Origin: a virus | DNA length: 64,000 bases | Strand: one strand, 5' to 3' | Virus record (IMG/VR): IMGVR_UViG_3300022700_000179 | Location: 1 to 64,000 of that record | In this document: positions 1 to 9,672 of the stretch, one piece after another | Layout of the letters: every line of letters begins with the position of its first letter | Numbering within the stretch: position 1 is the first letter of the stretch | Notes under the pieces: model-generated | Databases searched by the model: none | Told to the model about the DNA's origin: nothing | What the model saw: the letters and a program-made list of their open reading frames with translations, nothing else | Made by a program: the position numbers and the translations under genes

Positions 1-147
1 AACAAGAAGAAGGCCACCAAGTCGAAGACGACGAAGAATCGCGGACCCGGACGGCCCAAGGGCAGCACCAAGAAGGCCAAGAAGACCTCGAAGAAAGACA
101 CTAGCCCGGCGAAGGGCCGAGGTTCCTCGTTGTTTGAGGACTTCTAG
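1..147 (+). CDS. 3' end of Lys-rich, AT-hook-containing DNA-binding protein (partial)
   Basis: Frame 1 reads NKKKATKSKTTKNRGPGRPKGSTKKAKK...SLFEDF*; RGPGRPKGS is an AT-hook; stop TAG at 145-147. Confidence 0.7.
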   Translation, partial: NKKKATKSKTTKNRGPGRPKGSTKKAKKTSKKDTSPAKGRGSSLFEDF

Positions 148-233
148 ATAAGAGCCGCCGTTCTTATCATTCCAGCCAATAATCCGCGACATTACCAAGC
201 CGATGTTGTTTAATCGCTACATGAGGTTGTGTA

Positions 234-1073
234 ATGTCCGATGCCTGCCAAGCTTACCCCATCTGCTCTGAGTTAGTGCAACTGCTCGAAAATCACGGTT
301 ACTCTGATCAGTTAACACCTTTATGTGACGGCGCTGGTTCGTCTAAAGCGTGGCCTTGTGACGGGATGGTATCGAATGCAAGGTTGTTGTACTCAGTTGT
401 TTCCCCAGAAAACTTTAAGGAAGTACTAAGGTTTGTTTCTAGGCTCTTTACTGACAAGAGTTCCTTGTATAATAAGGATATGCAGGAACTTACGAAAGAT
501 GCTGAGTTTTCGTGCCCAGAACTAGGAGTCGACATACACCAACCGTGTTCTGTAACTACCTGTGCGTTTTATACAGATAATTCTTGGACTAAGAACTGTA
601 TATTGTGCTACCGTTTACGTTATAGGCACGAAAATCTCAGCCTTAACGACTTGTCGGTTTTGTTAAAGCGCGATGCGGTTTCGTTGCGCACGCAAATAAA
701 TAAAACTATAAAGGGTTTAAGCCATGGCGCATTAAAAGAAACAATCATACAGGATGGTGCCGATCAGCTGATCACACATTTGGATGTAGACAGAGTGTGC
801 GGTGTGTGTGAAAAATCAATTCCAATTGACAAATATCCTTTGATTAAGGGGGGTTTTTGCTATTGTAGTGATTTATGCTATAAGTATAAACCACCAGTAG
901 TACTTAAAATAGAACGAGATTTTGGTTTACCAATTCCTAATGTGCTACAGCTATGCATCAAAAAATTTTCAAATCTTAAATCTATGGCGAATGCCATTGG
1001 TGTTGGTCAGCCTGTATTTACCAATTTGTGCCAAAAGTACAATATAGACATACCTTCCTGCATACTGGCGTAG
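234..1073 (+). CDS. Cys-rich hypothetical protein, possible Zn-binding/HTH regulator
   Basis: 279-aa ORF, RBS GAGG, several CxxC clusters (CGVC...YCSDLC) and HTH-like segments. Confidence 0.6.
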   Translation: MSDACQAYPICSELVQLLENHGYSDQLTPLCDGAGSSKAWPCDGMVSNARLLYSVVSPENFKEVLRFVSRLFTDKSSLYNKDMQELTKDAEFSCPELGVDIHQPCSVTTCAFYTDNSWTKNCILCYRLRYRHENLSLNDLSVLLKRDAVSLRTQINKTIKGLSHGALKETIIQDGADQLITHLDVDRVCGVCEKSIPIDKYPLIKGGFCYCSDLCYKYKPPVVLKIERDFGLPIPNVLQLCIKKFSNLKSMANAIGVGQPVFTNLCQKYNIDIPSCILA

Positions 1074-1180
1074 CCCGTCCCAATTCCAGCTTTCTAAGTT
1101 ATATTCTATTTGTAAGTGGCATCCAGCCGGATAGGTTGGTGTGTTTTCTGATCCAAAATTCCTTTTGGGAGAGATTCACT

Positions 1181-1969
1181 ATGACAGACATCGGCAATAC
1201 GATTGAACAGCGGTTAGGCCAGAAGCTGCGTGAGCGCACTGCAAGCGTGCGTAGTGGGCGTTTCGACTTGCGACTATCTGACTTCAAGATCTTCAATAGC
1301 AATCGCGAGGCTCGGGTTTTGGTGACCTACGAAAAGAACCTGGGCATCCCTAGTCGTAAGCAGTTGGACGAGTGGGTAACTGCTTCGACGAACGGGCGTC
1401 TCGTGATGGAGCTTGAATCTCCGCGTCATTATGCAGACTACAATGCTATCGTGGCTATGGTCCGCATGAACGAGCTGAAGCGTCCTGTGCGTCACACTGC
1501 GAGCATGATGAAGGGTGCGGCAAACCAATACATGGACAAAGACCGTTCTATCTGGGAGGTCCAGCAAGACTCTTCAGGGGAGCGGTTCTTAGTGCGTGTA
1601 GCAGATGATGACATGGAGGAAATTCTCCGTGAGCGCCAGCGGTACGAGCGAACTGCTTCCGTGCATAAGCGTCTTCGCCTAGACGATCTTAGGGAAGCCG
1701 CAAGTGAGATGCCTTTGGACGTAGGGGATCGTATTTCCTACATGCACCGTGGTATTCTACAACGTGGTGAAGTTACCCATGTAGGTGACGACGGTTTGGT
1801 TCATGTTCGCAAGGCCGCCAAGGACGTTCTCAAGATTCCGCGAGAGAATGTGGTAGACATCTTTGAAAAATCGCCAAAGGCGCAAAAGGACCGCAAGCAG
1901 TTCTTGATCGATTTCTTTACCCAAGCCTACGGTGATGCCGACTTTGCCAAAGAGTTGGTAAAAGAGTAA
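1181..1969 (+). CDS. hypothetical protein, probably virion-associated
   Basis: ORF 1028-1969; ATG 1181 follows GGGAGAG; repeated RTAS/HTAS motifs. Confidence 0.7.
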   Translation: MTDIGNTIEQRLGQKLRERTASVRSGRFDLRLSDFKIFNSNREARVLVTYEKNLGIPSRKQLDEWVTASTNGRLVMELESPRHYADYNAIVAMVRMNELKRPVRHTASMMKGAANQYMDKDRSIWEVQQDSSGERFLVRVADDDMEEILRERQRYERTASVHKRLRLDDLREAASEMPLDVGDRISYMHRGILQRGEVTHVGDDGLVHVRKAAKDVLKIPRENVVDIFEKSPKAQKDRKQFLIDFFTQAYGDADFAKELVKE

Positions 1970-1996
1970 GCTTCCCATTCACAGGTAGGTAGTGCC

Positions 1997-2848
1997 ATGG
2001 GGAGCTTACGTGCTCCATATTTAATCCGCTATGCGGACGCTTACTACCGTGTTGCTGGAGTTAGGGATCTAGCACAAATAGTAGCGTCTTTGCTCTTCCG
2101 TTGGATTTCCGACGCTGGTATATCTAAGCAGCGGATACTGACGTGGCTGGGCAATTTATTTCGTACTGAGAAGTTGCAAGAGTATCGAAAAAACCGGTAC
2201 CATGATTCCTCTTCTCTACTACCTAAGGATTTGGTGGATCAGATCGCACAAGTTTTCTCGGAGTTATCCTCTGAGGGGGTGCTTTGGGGCGACTTCGTGA
2301 TGGAGCTTACCCGGGCCCTGGATAACCCACCACAGGGCTATGAGTGGATCACTCAGAGTGGGCAAGAATACCTAGTCCGCAAGACAGCGCGATCACGTGA
2401 GGAATTTCCTGTACGTGGTAAGAGGTTCATTGGGCGTGTGTTGATCGGGGTTTGGTGGGCTACCCCAAACACACGTTCCAGTGCAAACCGACGTTTACGT
2501 GAATTTATTCAAAATAATGGTGCTATATTTTACAGCAAAACCAACCGCTCTACTGGAATTAGGGAGTACGGTGGGTTTATCGTAGTTCCACATGTGTCCG
2601 CAGAAGGTGTTGGGATCACTCTTAACTCTCTATGTAAGAAAATGGCTGGTGACACTGGTTATTTTCACCTGTCTGCTGTAAAGCTGGACGGGTTGGCTGA
2701 GCCACGCCCGCTCAAACCAAGTGATCAATATCATATGCGATCCATTCGTAGTATTAAGTTCAATGACGAGTATACGCTTCCGGAAATAGTGAATGGTCAA
2801 GTTCCGGAATATCGCTCGTTACTTCAACTTCTAAGAAAGGCTGTTTGA
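1997..2848 (+). CDS. hypothetical protein with N-terminal shared tag motif
   Basis: 283-aa ORF; PYLIRYADAYYRVA. Confidence 0.75.
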   Translation: MGSLRAPYLIRYADAYYRVAGVRDLAQIVASLLFRWISDAGISKQRILTWLGNLFRTEKLQEYRKNRYHDSSSLLPKDLVDQIAQVFSELSSEGVLWGDFVMELTRALDNPPQGYEWITQSGQEYLVRKTARSREEFPVRGKRFIGRVLIGVWWATPNTRSSANRRLREFIQNNGAIFYSKTNRSTGIREYGGFIVVPHVSAEGVGITLNSLCKKMAGDTGYFHLSAVKLDGLAEPRPLKPSDQYHMRSIRSIKFNDEYTLPEIVNGQVPEYRSLLQLLRKAV

Positions 2849-3309
2849 TGATGCCTAAAGCACCAGATCAGATAAAGTTTCATGGGGCTCACTATATCCG
2901 TGCTGATATTTATTCTCCTAGTAAAGGCGATACGGAGATAAGTACGGATGGCCTGCTGGAAATTGACATGAGTTTGGACCCTGCTGATGTCGCCGGTCTA
3001 GCGTCACAATTGAGTGATATTAATGCTGCTTCTAAAAATGGTAGCAACATACCAGAATCTGTTGCGTACAAGTTAGCAACTGAGGCTAATGATGTACTTC
3101 AAGGGTTTGGTGTTGAGTCTCTTCCATCTAATCCTGGAGATATGGACACCCCTGCAATTTATGTGAACAGAGGCGATATGTACAACGGCACAATCGTGTG
3201 GGATTTTAATGATCAACTATTTTATCTAACAACGCCCGGCGACTGGCTTGCGGTCTGGGAGCAAAAACAAACTGAGGGGGGACAGCAAAGCGGACACACG
3301 TCGTATTAG
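2845..3309 (+). CDS. hypothetical protein with N-terminal shared tag motif
   Basis: PDQIKFHGAHYIRA; overlaps upstream stop. Confidence 0.75.
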   Translation: MMMPKAPDQIKFHGAHYIRADIYSPSKGDTEISTDGLLEIDMSLDPADVAGLASQLSDINAASKNGSNIPESVAYKLATEANDVLQGFGVESLPSNPGDMDTPAIYVNRGDMYNGTIVWDFNDQLFYLTTPGDWLAVWEQKQTEGGQQSGHTSY

Positions 3310-3320
3310 GAGGGAGGGTA

Positions 3321-3920
3321 ATGGATGTTTCTAGGGATCAATTGATGATACCGGATGGCAAGCAGGTACGTTTGCCTACCCCGCAAGACGCGCATCAAGG
3401 GACGACATACACAGACGATCGTTGGTCATTTACTATTGATAAGGACCAGGTTGTAGAAGTCACTGATCGTATGCATCGCGGGGATAATGCTGAGCCGATC
3501 GTGGCAGATCAGACAGGTTTCCTGTCTTTTGTGGCCAGAATAATGACAGCTGTGTACCCTTCTGATGTGGAAAGTCAGAAGCATTTTACCGTCGTTATAC
3601 AAGACGACCGTAAAGTAAACCAGACCTTCACGCAGCTTTTACAGCTATTGCGTAGAGACCACGATTCTTTGTATCGCCTTTTTCACTGTCTACTTTTGGG
3701 TTATGCTGCTTCCGACGGAATATCCGCGTACATGTCAGAAGTGCCAACTCGGTCACATGAGCAAATAATATCCAAATTTATGGAACGGTCGAACGAGTTT
3801 TTTGATTTTAGCGATATACACACATTCCTTTCTAGTTTCGATCTGGCAATAGATAGAATCGAAAAAGAGATCCGCCGGATGAGCGGAGAGGGGACTTTAT
3901 ATGTCGAAGTCGAGCAGTAA
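3321..3920 (+). CDS. hypothetical protein
   Basis: 199-aa ORF with strong RBS (GGAGGGAGG). Confidence 0.7.
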   Translation: MDVSRDQLMIPDGKQVRLPTPQDAHQGTTYTDDRWSFTIDKDQVVEVTDRMHRGDNAEPIVADQTGFLSFVARIMTAVYPSDVESQKHFTVVIQDDRKVNQTFTQLLQLLRRDHDSLYRLFHCLLLGYAASDGISAYMSEVPTRSHEQIISKFMERSNEFFDFSDIHTFLSSFDLAIDRIEKEIRRMSGEGTLYVEVEQ

Positions 3921-4248
3921 TCCTCCAAAAGCAATCCGATTTAACGGTGCCGTTTACCACTTGGCAGCGTTAGAAGATTTTGAATACACGACCGTACGTG
4001 ATCACACTTTAGTTGGTGAAGGTAGCCTTCTGTCGAGTACAATACATACTTTGCTTGAGCTTACTCAGGCGGTGGAAAAAGCTGGGGATGCTATGGAGAG
4101 TGAGGATTACGATGCCGCCGCACTTCAACTTTCTAGCAAAGAAGGCAATCCAGGTCCTGTTTTTACTAAACTACGGGCTACTATAAAGCATTTAATGGCG
4201 TTGGAACGTGCATCTAACGCCTTGCGAAGTATGAGCCAAAGAAAGTAG
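3901..4248 (+). CDS. hypothetical protein with N-terminal shared tag motif
   Basis: PKAIRFNGAVYHLA. Confidence 0.7.
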   Translation: MSKSSSNPPKAIRFNGAVYHLAALEDFEYTTVRDHTLVGEGSLLSSTIHTLLELTQAVEKAGDAMESEDYDAAALQLSSKEGNPGPVFTKLRATIKHLMALERASNALRSMSQRK

Positions 4249-4264
4249 TTAGGCGAGACTGCAA

Positions 4265-5656
4265 ATGTCTGCTGCTTACCAAGTGACAGTTACAGGGATA
4301 CACGATTACAAAGGTCGTGGCGTTATTCGTAAATCTGATCTGTGGCATTTTTCTCAGCAAGTTTGGGGTTCAGCAGGTGACAGCGTGCCTGCCGCGCTTG
4401 ACGCTATGGGGGATGCTTTCTTTTCTTACTATCCTAAAGCGGCAATCGCCCTTCCACGTGGCAATAGCGGTATCGTGATTGTAACTCCCAGTGCAGCGGG
4501 TAGATTAAAAGACTACGTTCGTGATCCGCACGCTTTGGACAGTGGCAGGTATTTTGTACAGAATGACTACGCGGTGATCTACGTTAAGGAACTGCCAGCG
4601 TTGTCTGGTGATTACCCAGATGATCTTTACCCGTCGGATCCTAACGCGTATGTAGACGCCTTAGACCAGAATTTGAGGACAGGTCCGGATTTTGAATCCA
4701 GGGTGGATTTCCCTTGTACTCTACATAAGCACCCGGCCAACTATGTAGAGTACAACGGGGCAGTGTACAAATTAGCTCGTAAAACCGTGATGTATCATGG
4801 TACCTCTACTGGTGAAGACGGTGAGATCCTTCGAAGTATCCTAAAGAATGGCCTTATCCCAGAGCCGCCTAAGCGGGCGTACGATTCTCTTTATGGCGAT
4901 GATAGCGTTGATGTCTCCGCTATTGATCCACATACCCGTTACGTCATTATGCTAGATGAGTCTTTTGGTGGTGTATACACTACTGAAAAAGTAGGGATGG
5001 CAGAAAAGTATGCTAAGAACGCGGTTTTGGAATTCGGTGGTAATCCATTGTTGGTATCTTCGCAAGTTGAAACTAGATCTCCAGGAGTTACTTTAGACGA
5101 AGACACATTGTTTGGTGCACCCCTCATTAGGTTTTTAGATAGTAGTATACCTGGTGATGCAGCTGAGCAGTTCATCGCGATTGACGACGGGGAAATAGAT
5201 TTTATAGCACTAGGTCGTTCCTTTCTGGAATATTATTTTCCAAAGCACGATTTTTCGAAGCAAGAACTAATATATGCTTTACCTTCATTTGCCAAGGCTA
5301 TAGAATCCAGGTTTATGGCAGAGTTACTTGGCGACCATATTGATGATATAGAGAAAAAGCTACTTGAGATGGATGAAGCAGTACTTGGTGGTGACCTAGA
5401 TCCTTCTGAGTATATTGACGAGTATAGACACTATGGTGCGGAAGCTTTGAAGAAACTGAGGTTTTTAACTTATAGTGACAGGACCGTTAGGTCCACGTCA
5501 GCTCCTATCAGTTACCGTGGCGCAAATAGAATACTCGCGGTGGTTTCGGCGGATAGCACTTCAGTTACTATCCATTACGCGTACGACATGCGCGAAGCGA
5601 AAAAACTGGCCATGGCTTTAGGGGCAAATTCAAAAGAAGCCAAGAAAGGCATATGA
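4265..5656 (+). CDS. two-domain protein; C-terminal ADP-ribosyltransferase-like domain preceded by internal tag motif
   Basis: PANYVEYNGAVYKLA then MYHGTS...ILKNGLIP...GVYTT...AEKYA, typical ART-fold motifs. Confidence 0.6.
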   Translation: MSAAYQVTVTGIHDYKGRGVIRKSDLWHFSQQVWGSAGDSVPAALDAMGDAFFSYYPKAAIALPRGNSGIVIVTPSAAGRLKDYVRDPHALDSGRYFVQNDYAVIYVKELPALSGDYPDDLYPSDPNAYVDALDQNLRTGPDFESRVDFPCTLHKHPANYVEYNGAVYKLARKTVMYHGTSTGEDGEILRSILKNGLIPEPPKRAYDSLYGDDSVDVSAIDPHTRYVIMLDESFGGVYTTEKVGMAEKYAKNAVLEFGGNPLLVSSQVETRSPGVTLDEDTLFGAPLIRFLDSSIPGDAAEQFIAIDDGEIDFIALGRSFLEYYFPKHDFSKQELIYALPSFAKAIESRFMAELLGDHIDDIEKKLLEMDEAVLGGDLDPSEYIDEYRHYGAEALKKLRFLTYSDRTVRSTSAPISYRGANRILAVVSADSTSVTIHYAYDMREAKKLAMALGANSKEAKKGI

Positions 5657-6066
5657 AAATGCGGCACACCAACCCTTTGAACGCCGAACTAGAACAACGA
5701 TTGCAGCAGAAATACGCAGCTGCAGCGCGCACCGCAGCTCAGCCACAAGTAGATGAACACCTAATCGACGACTTTATGATGTACATCGACAACGATTCCG
5801 AGTTGCATGAGATTCTTTGGGAGACGTACTACAAGAACCTACTGCAGAAAATTAGTCGGGGAGTATACGACAGCGAGCAAGCCCCTAAGCTGTTCAAATA
5901 TTTCATTAAGATGTACGCGGCTCCTAAGTATGTGCAGGAATTTTTCCCAGGTAACGAGTGGTTCGAAGCATTTCCTCCTAGACTAAGAGAGGAAATTGCT
6001 CGTCGTATGCGGGATCATTTCGAGGCGGCGTATGAAGCTGGTGACCTTCGCCATCTTGTAGGGTAG
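5653..6066 (+). CDS. hypothetical protein
   Basis: 137-aa ORF, ATGA overlap with upstream gene. Confidence 0.7.
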   Translation: MKMRHTNPLNAELEQRLQQKYAAAARTAAQPQVDEHLIDDFMMYIDNDSELHEILWETYYKNLLQKISRGVYDSEQAPKLFKYFIKMYAAPKYVQEFFPGNEWFEAFPPRLREEIARRMRDHFEAAYEAGDLRHLVG

Positions 6067-6327
6067 GTTTAATTTCATTGTATAATCAGTCAGATACAGT
6101 TTTCTCTTGACTTCCCCGTGTTTTTGTGTGATATGGTAATGTGTGGTAGGTGAGCCAGGTATGCAATCAGACTGTAAACATACAGCAATTTTTCGGTGCG
6201 GACAGCTACCTGGTGGTATGTTGATGCCACCCGTTTATTCGTGTACCTTTGAGTTCAGTGCTTCTTGGTACTCTATCGATCTCGGAGACCCTGGCGGCTA
6301 GTGTATTATCCATATCATGGACCACAA

Positions 6328-6357
6328 AGCCGCTAGGGAGACCTAAGCGGCTTTTTT
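6328..6357 (+). terminator. intrinsic terminator (with competing upstream anti-terminator strand)
   Basis: AGCCGCTAGG-GAGA-CCTAAGCGGCT followed by T6. Confidence 0.65.
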
Positions 6358-6512
6358 ATTGAGCTGACTGTGCAGCATTAAGCAACGGTGATTGTGAGGC
6401 GTTGAGCAGAGGGCTTAAGGCTGGACTGAGCCTTGTATCCTAAAGGGGCACTTCGGTGCATACGGGACCTATTCCTGACCTTTTGGCCTGGCAATATAAA
6501 GTCAGCTCGGTA
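6357..6512 (+). ncRNA. putative structured ncRNA of unknown family
   Basis: 13-bp closing helix TATTGAGCTGACT/AGTCAGCTCGGTA with nested hairpins (GCAC-TTCG-GTGC); no ORF in the 530-bp intergenic region. Confidence 0.35.
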
Positions 6513-6559
6513 ATTGTTTGGGCACTTTGATAACAGAATAGTTATCGATGGTAGGTTTT

Positions 6560-6600
6560 TGGAGGAGGGCGCAATAGTTACACGCCCTCCTCCATTGTTG
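6560..6600 (+). terminator. strong hairpin/terminator between convergent units
   Basis: TGGAGGAGGGCG...CGCCCTCCTCCA then TTGTTG. Confidence 0.6.
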
Positions 6601-7251
6601 TTATTTGTGCCAGTATTCTTTGACCAAAGTACTAAGGTTTTCTGCAGTTTGTGGAACTCCTGAATATCTGAAATTGGCTATCCCATCCGCAACGGCCAAG
6701 GCTAACCGTAATATCTCCGCTTTTTTAGCAAGACGTTCATCGCCTTCGGCCTTCGCGGCTTCTACAGCATCATAGGCGAGCTGCTCCAGGTTTTCAGACT
6801 GAATTTTCTGGCCTATCGACTCGATCATGTAGTCGACTTTTGTGGCCCCTTCAGCCCTGATGTACGTGGTACCTTTGTATTTTACTTTTGTTGGGGTAGC
6901 ACTAGCCTCGGCGGGTTTTTCCTGGACCGCTCTTTTCAAATACTCCTCTACCCTCCGAAAAATCTGGGCCTGTACTTTCTGAGTACTATTGATAACTTCT
7001 TTCAGCTCTTCTACGGCGTCTTTATACTCTTTGGGTCCTGCAGCAGCGCTCTTTGCTAATTCGTCGGTTTTAGACTCTAGTTCTTTTCTGTCTTGAATCC
7101 ATTCTTTCAGTTCGTTGTCTTTAGCAGTTAGTTCGTTAACAATTTGCTGGCCGGACTTACCGAGTTTTTTGTACGCTGTTGCAATATTGGATTTGGCCTC
7201 CTGCAATATTTGAGCATTTTCTTCTAGCCCAGATGTTATACGTATTGGCAT
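6601..7251 (-). CDS. coiled-coil protein with internal shared tag motif
   Basis: 216-aa ORF; PTKVKYKGTTYIRA. Confidence 0.75.
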   Translation of the reverse strand: MPIRITSGLEENAQILQEAKSNIATAYKKLGKSGQQIVNELTAKDNELKEWIQDRKELESKTDELAKSAAAGPKEYKDAVEELKEVINSTQKVQAQIFRRVEEYLKRAVQEKPAEASATPTKVKYKGTTYIRAEGATKVDYMIESIGQKIQSENLEQLAYDAVEAAKAEGDERLAKKAEILRLALAVADGIANFRYSGVPQTAENLSTLVKEYWHK

Positions 7252-7283
7252 CTCTACCCCCAGATTTTGAGGTCAATCTCAGA

Positions 7284-7559
7284 TTACTTTGCTTTGTAAT
7301 CTAACAGATCGTCGGAAGTTTTGCTGAACAGTTGAGAGATTTTTCGCAAGTTTTCGTAGTCTTTGCCTAATCCTTGATTTTTTAAAAACAGCGCAAGACT
7401 ATCAATATCCCTGGAGATGTCGAGTGCGGCCTTGGCGGCGTCTTCTGAGGTCATCTGAGCGAGCACATACTCTTTGCCTGCAATTTTGATAACTGCTGGC
7501 TGTGCATCTGCCCGAACGTACACGTGACCTTTGAATTTGATCTTTTCTGGTTGTGACAT
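7284..7559 (-). CDS. small protein with two tandem tag motifs
   Basis: PEKIKFKGHVYVRA-DAQ-PAVIKIAGKEYVLA; RBS GGAG. Confidence 0.75.
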   Translation of the reverse strand: MSQPEKIKFKGHVYVRADAQPAVIKIAGKEYVLAQMTSEDAAKAALDISRDIDSLALFLKNQGLGKDYENLRKISQLFSKTSDDLLDYKAK

Positions 7560-7604
7560 TGTTTACTCTCCGTGGGCGCTTGTTGTGATTGTCCAGTAAA
7601 TTCA

Positions 7605-7622
7605 AGACACTATATAGTAACT
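7605..7622 (-). promoter_or_regulatory. candidate late-promoter motif
   Basis: AGTTACTATATAGTGTCT on the minus strand, matching motifs at 35512, 42626 and 47797. Confidence 0.4.
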
Positions 7623-7651
7623 ACCAAATCACCAACGAGCGTGGTATAGTT

Positions 7652-7736
7652 GGAAGCATGGCTGAGCGGGTTAAGGCGCCGGTCTCGAACACCGGTGGTC
7701 CGAAAGGACCCGTGGGTTCGAATCCCACTGCTTCCG
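7652..7736 (+). tRNA. tRNA-Ser(CGA)
   Basis: cloverleaf GGAAGCA/TGCTTCC, anticodon arm CCGGT-CTCGAAC-ACCGG, long variable arm, GTTCGAATC; no CCA. Confidence 0.95.
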
Positions 7737-7756
7737 TAGTACTGTAAAAGGTATAT

Positions 7757-8806
7757 ATGGCACAAAACCACTACGCCGGAATTGGCACCCGTAGACTGGC
7801 TCCTGCTCAGCAAAAGCTGTGTGGTACAATAGGGTCTTACCTTGCCAAAAAGGGTTGGATTTTGCATACCGGTGCGGCAGAGGGTGCGGATCAGTCTTTT
7901 GCTAAAGGGGCTCTAATAGGTGGCGGCGAACTTGTTTTGCATCTTCCGTGGCCGTCCTATGAGGAGAACTGGTTTAGTAAAATACCATCTCAGTATTCTA
8001 GGAGCATCTCGGTCGACATTTTAGAGATTGATCGGCGGGGTGGTGTATTTGATAAAGAGGCGTACGATTCGGTGTTTGATCTGCATCCAGCTCCCGAGAG
8101 ATTAAAACGTGGTGCAATAAGTTTACACGCCCGGAACTATAGAATTCTTTTTCCTAAAGGGTCGCCAGAGCCGGTACAGTTTGTAGTTGCTATTCCTTCT
8201 CCTCGCGGTGGGGGTACCGCACAAGGACTGCGTATTGCAGAGTCTCTTAAAATACCGACGGTGCGTTTAGATCAACTCTCGGCTAGAGAGGCCCGGCGTA
8301 CAATCGATAGTCTGCTGAGCGGTTCTTATGGTCAGCGACCTGACGAGCGTGGACAGAACCTATTTTATGCGGCATTACCTGATGTACTGCCTCCAGATAC
8401 TAGTATAGCGCAAGCTCAAGCATACTTGAAGCAAGGAGCTATAGGTGGCACGAGATGCCCTTGTTGCGGCACGCCGGCTAAGGTCAAAGATGTACGTTTT
8501 ACCTTGGAGATGGCGGCTTTTCTAACGTACCTGGTCCGTAGGTATGAGGCAGACGAATTCAACTCGGAATTGGTCTCTGCCAAGCCCGCTGATGCTTCGT
8601 TGGGGAAAGATCTTCAGTTATGGAAACTTATCGAAATGACCCAAAAATACAAAGCGTACTTGTTTCGGCCGACTGAACGTGGTATACAGTTCGTGCGAAA
8701 CGAGATTCGTGTGCCTGATCGCGTAGCCGTATTCAATGGTAGGGTGGTTGGGTGGGGTGAAAAGTTGGGATATATAAAAGATATAGCTGGTTCTGATGGG
8801 TTATAG
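7757..8806 (+). CDS. SLOG (DprA/YspA-like) domain protein with C-terminal Zn/HTH-like domain
   Basis: YAGIGTR...LHTGAAEGADQ...GGGTAQG SLOG motifs; C-terminal CPCCG. Confidence 0.7.
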   Translation: MAQNHYAGIGTRRLAPAQQKLCGTIGSYLAKKGWILHTGAAEGADQSFAKGALIGGGELVLHLPWPSYEENWFSKIPSQYSRSISVDILEIDRRGGVFDKEAYDSVFDLHPAPERLKRGAISLHARNYRILFPKGSPEPVQFVVAIPSPRGGGTAQGLRIAESLKIPTVRLDQLSAREARRTIDSLLSGSYGQRPDERGQNLFYAALPDVLPPDTSIAQAQAYLKQGAIGGTRCPCCGTPAKVKDVRFTLEMAAFLTYLVRRYEADEFNSELVSAKPADASLGKDLQLWKLIEMTQKYKAYLFRPTERGIQFVRNEIRVPDRVAVFNGRVVGWGEKLGYIKDIAGSDGL

Positions 8807-9035
8807 GCCTAAAAACTGTCGGGAGAACAATTTGCTTTGTTATGCAATCCATTTTATGGAGGTAGATGCCGATGGGAATGAGGCACCATATTGCACAGTT
8901 GCGCAGCAGGTTAGATCAGGAGTGGAGCAAGCCCCGACCTGTTTGCTCATGTCCAGATTTTACCTTTGGGGAGCTCCACCCATATTTATTCTGCATCAGT
9001 GCCCAGTTTGCAAAGGATGGCTGACCTTTGATTAG
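8796..9035 (+). CDS. small Cys-rich hypothetical protein
   Basis: 79-aa ORF overlapping upstream stop, CPVC. Confidence 0.45.
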   Translation: MGYRPKNCRENNLLCYAIHFMEVDADGNEAPYCTVAQQVRSGVEQAPTCLLMSRFYLWGAPPIFILHQCPVCKGWLTFD

Positions 9036-9078
9036 TTGATTCGCTTAGGGTACCTCAAAGGTAAATGAATTACGTAGT

Positions 9079-9162
9079 GCCGGTTTGGTGGAATTGGTAG
9101 ACACGCTGGTTTTAGGTACCAGTGGCCGAAAGGCCGTAGGAGTTCGAGTCTCCTAGCCGGCA
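9079..9162 (+). tRNA. tRNA-Leu(TAG)
   Basis: cloverleaf with CTGGT-TTTAGGT-ACCAG, long variable arm. Confidence 0.95.
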
Positions 9163-9165
9163 ACT

Positions 9166-9672
9166 GTGAACGGAATCGTATCGTATCTATTGGAAACCGC
9201 TGTCCAGCAGACTGGAAACTTTGGTTTGGTGCCCAAACTAACTCACACTGAACTGAATAGGGTGTGTAGTTCGTTGGAGGTAGAGCGCCACAAACCAAGG
9301 GTTTTAGTGGGTAACGTGGACACCTTTATACGGTTTTTTGATCCAGAGCTTTTTGGTAGCGAGTGTTACGATCCAGCTGGGCGGAAGAATCTACTAGTGT
9401 ACGGAGACTTAGGCTTTATGAACGGGCTTCGGGTCTTATGTTTGGGATCTATTGTGGATCCACTGTTTGCCGGACTTGCAGCACCCAGAGTCTTTCTTTG
9501 TGGTGGCTCTGAGCATCTTGGTTTACGAGCTACTTACTCGCCACTTACATCTCATTCTGTAAATAAGACCATCTTTAATCAGGATGAGATTGGCTACTAC
9601 TTTTGGGAGACGATATCGACTACACTCGTTGACAGCAACCGAGTTCAAGGATTGGAGTTTTCAACTAACTAA
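9166..9672 (+). CDS. truncated paralog of the major capsid protein (C-terminal half)
   Basis: near-gapless manual alignment to residues ~217-381 of 62806-63951, e.g. YDPAGRKNLLVYGDLG vs YSPIEKHELAVEGKLG. Confidence 0.6.
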   Translation: MNGIVSYLLETAVQQTGNFGLVPKLTHTELNRVCSSLEVERHKPRVLVGNVDTFIRFFDPELFGSECYDPAGRKNLLVYGDLGFMNGLRVLCLGSIVDPLFAGLAAPRVFLCGGSEHLGLRATYSPLTSHSVNKTIFNQDEIGYYFWETISTTLVDSNRVQGLEFSTN

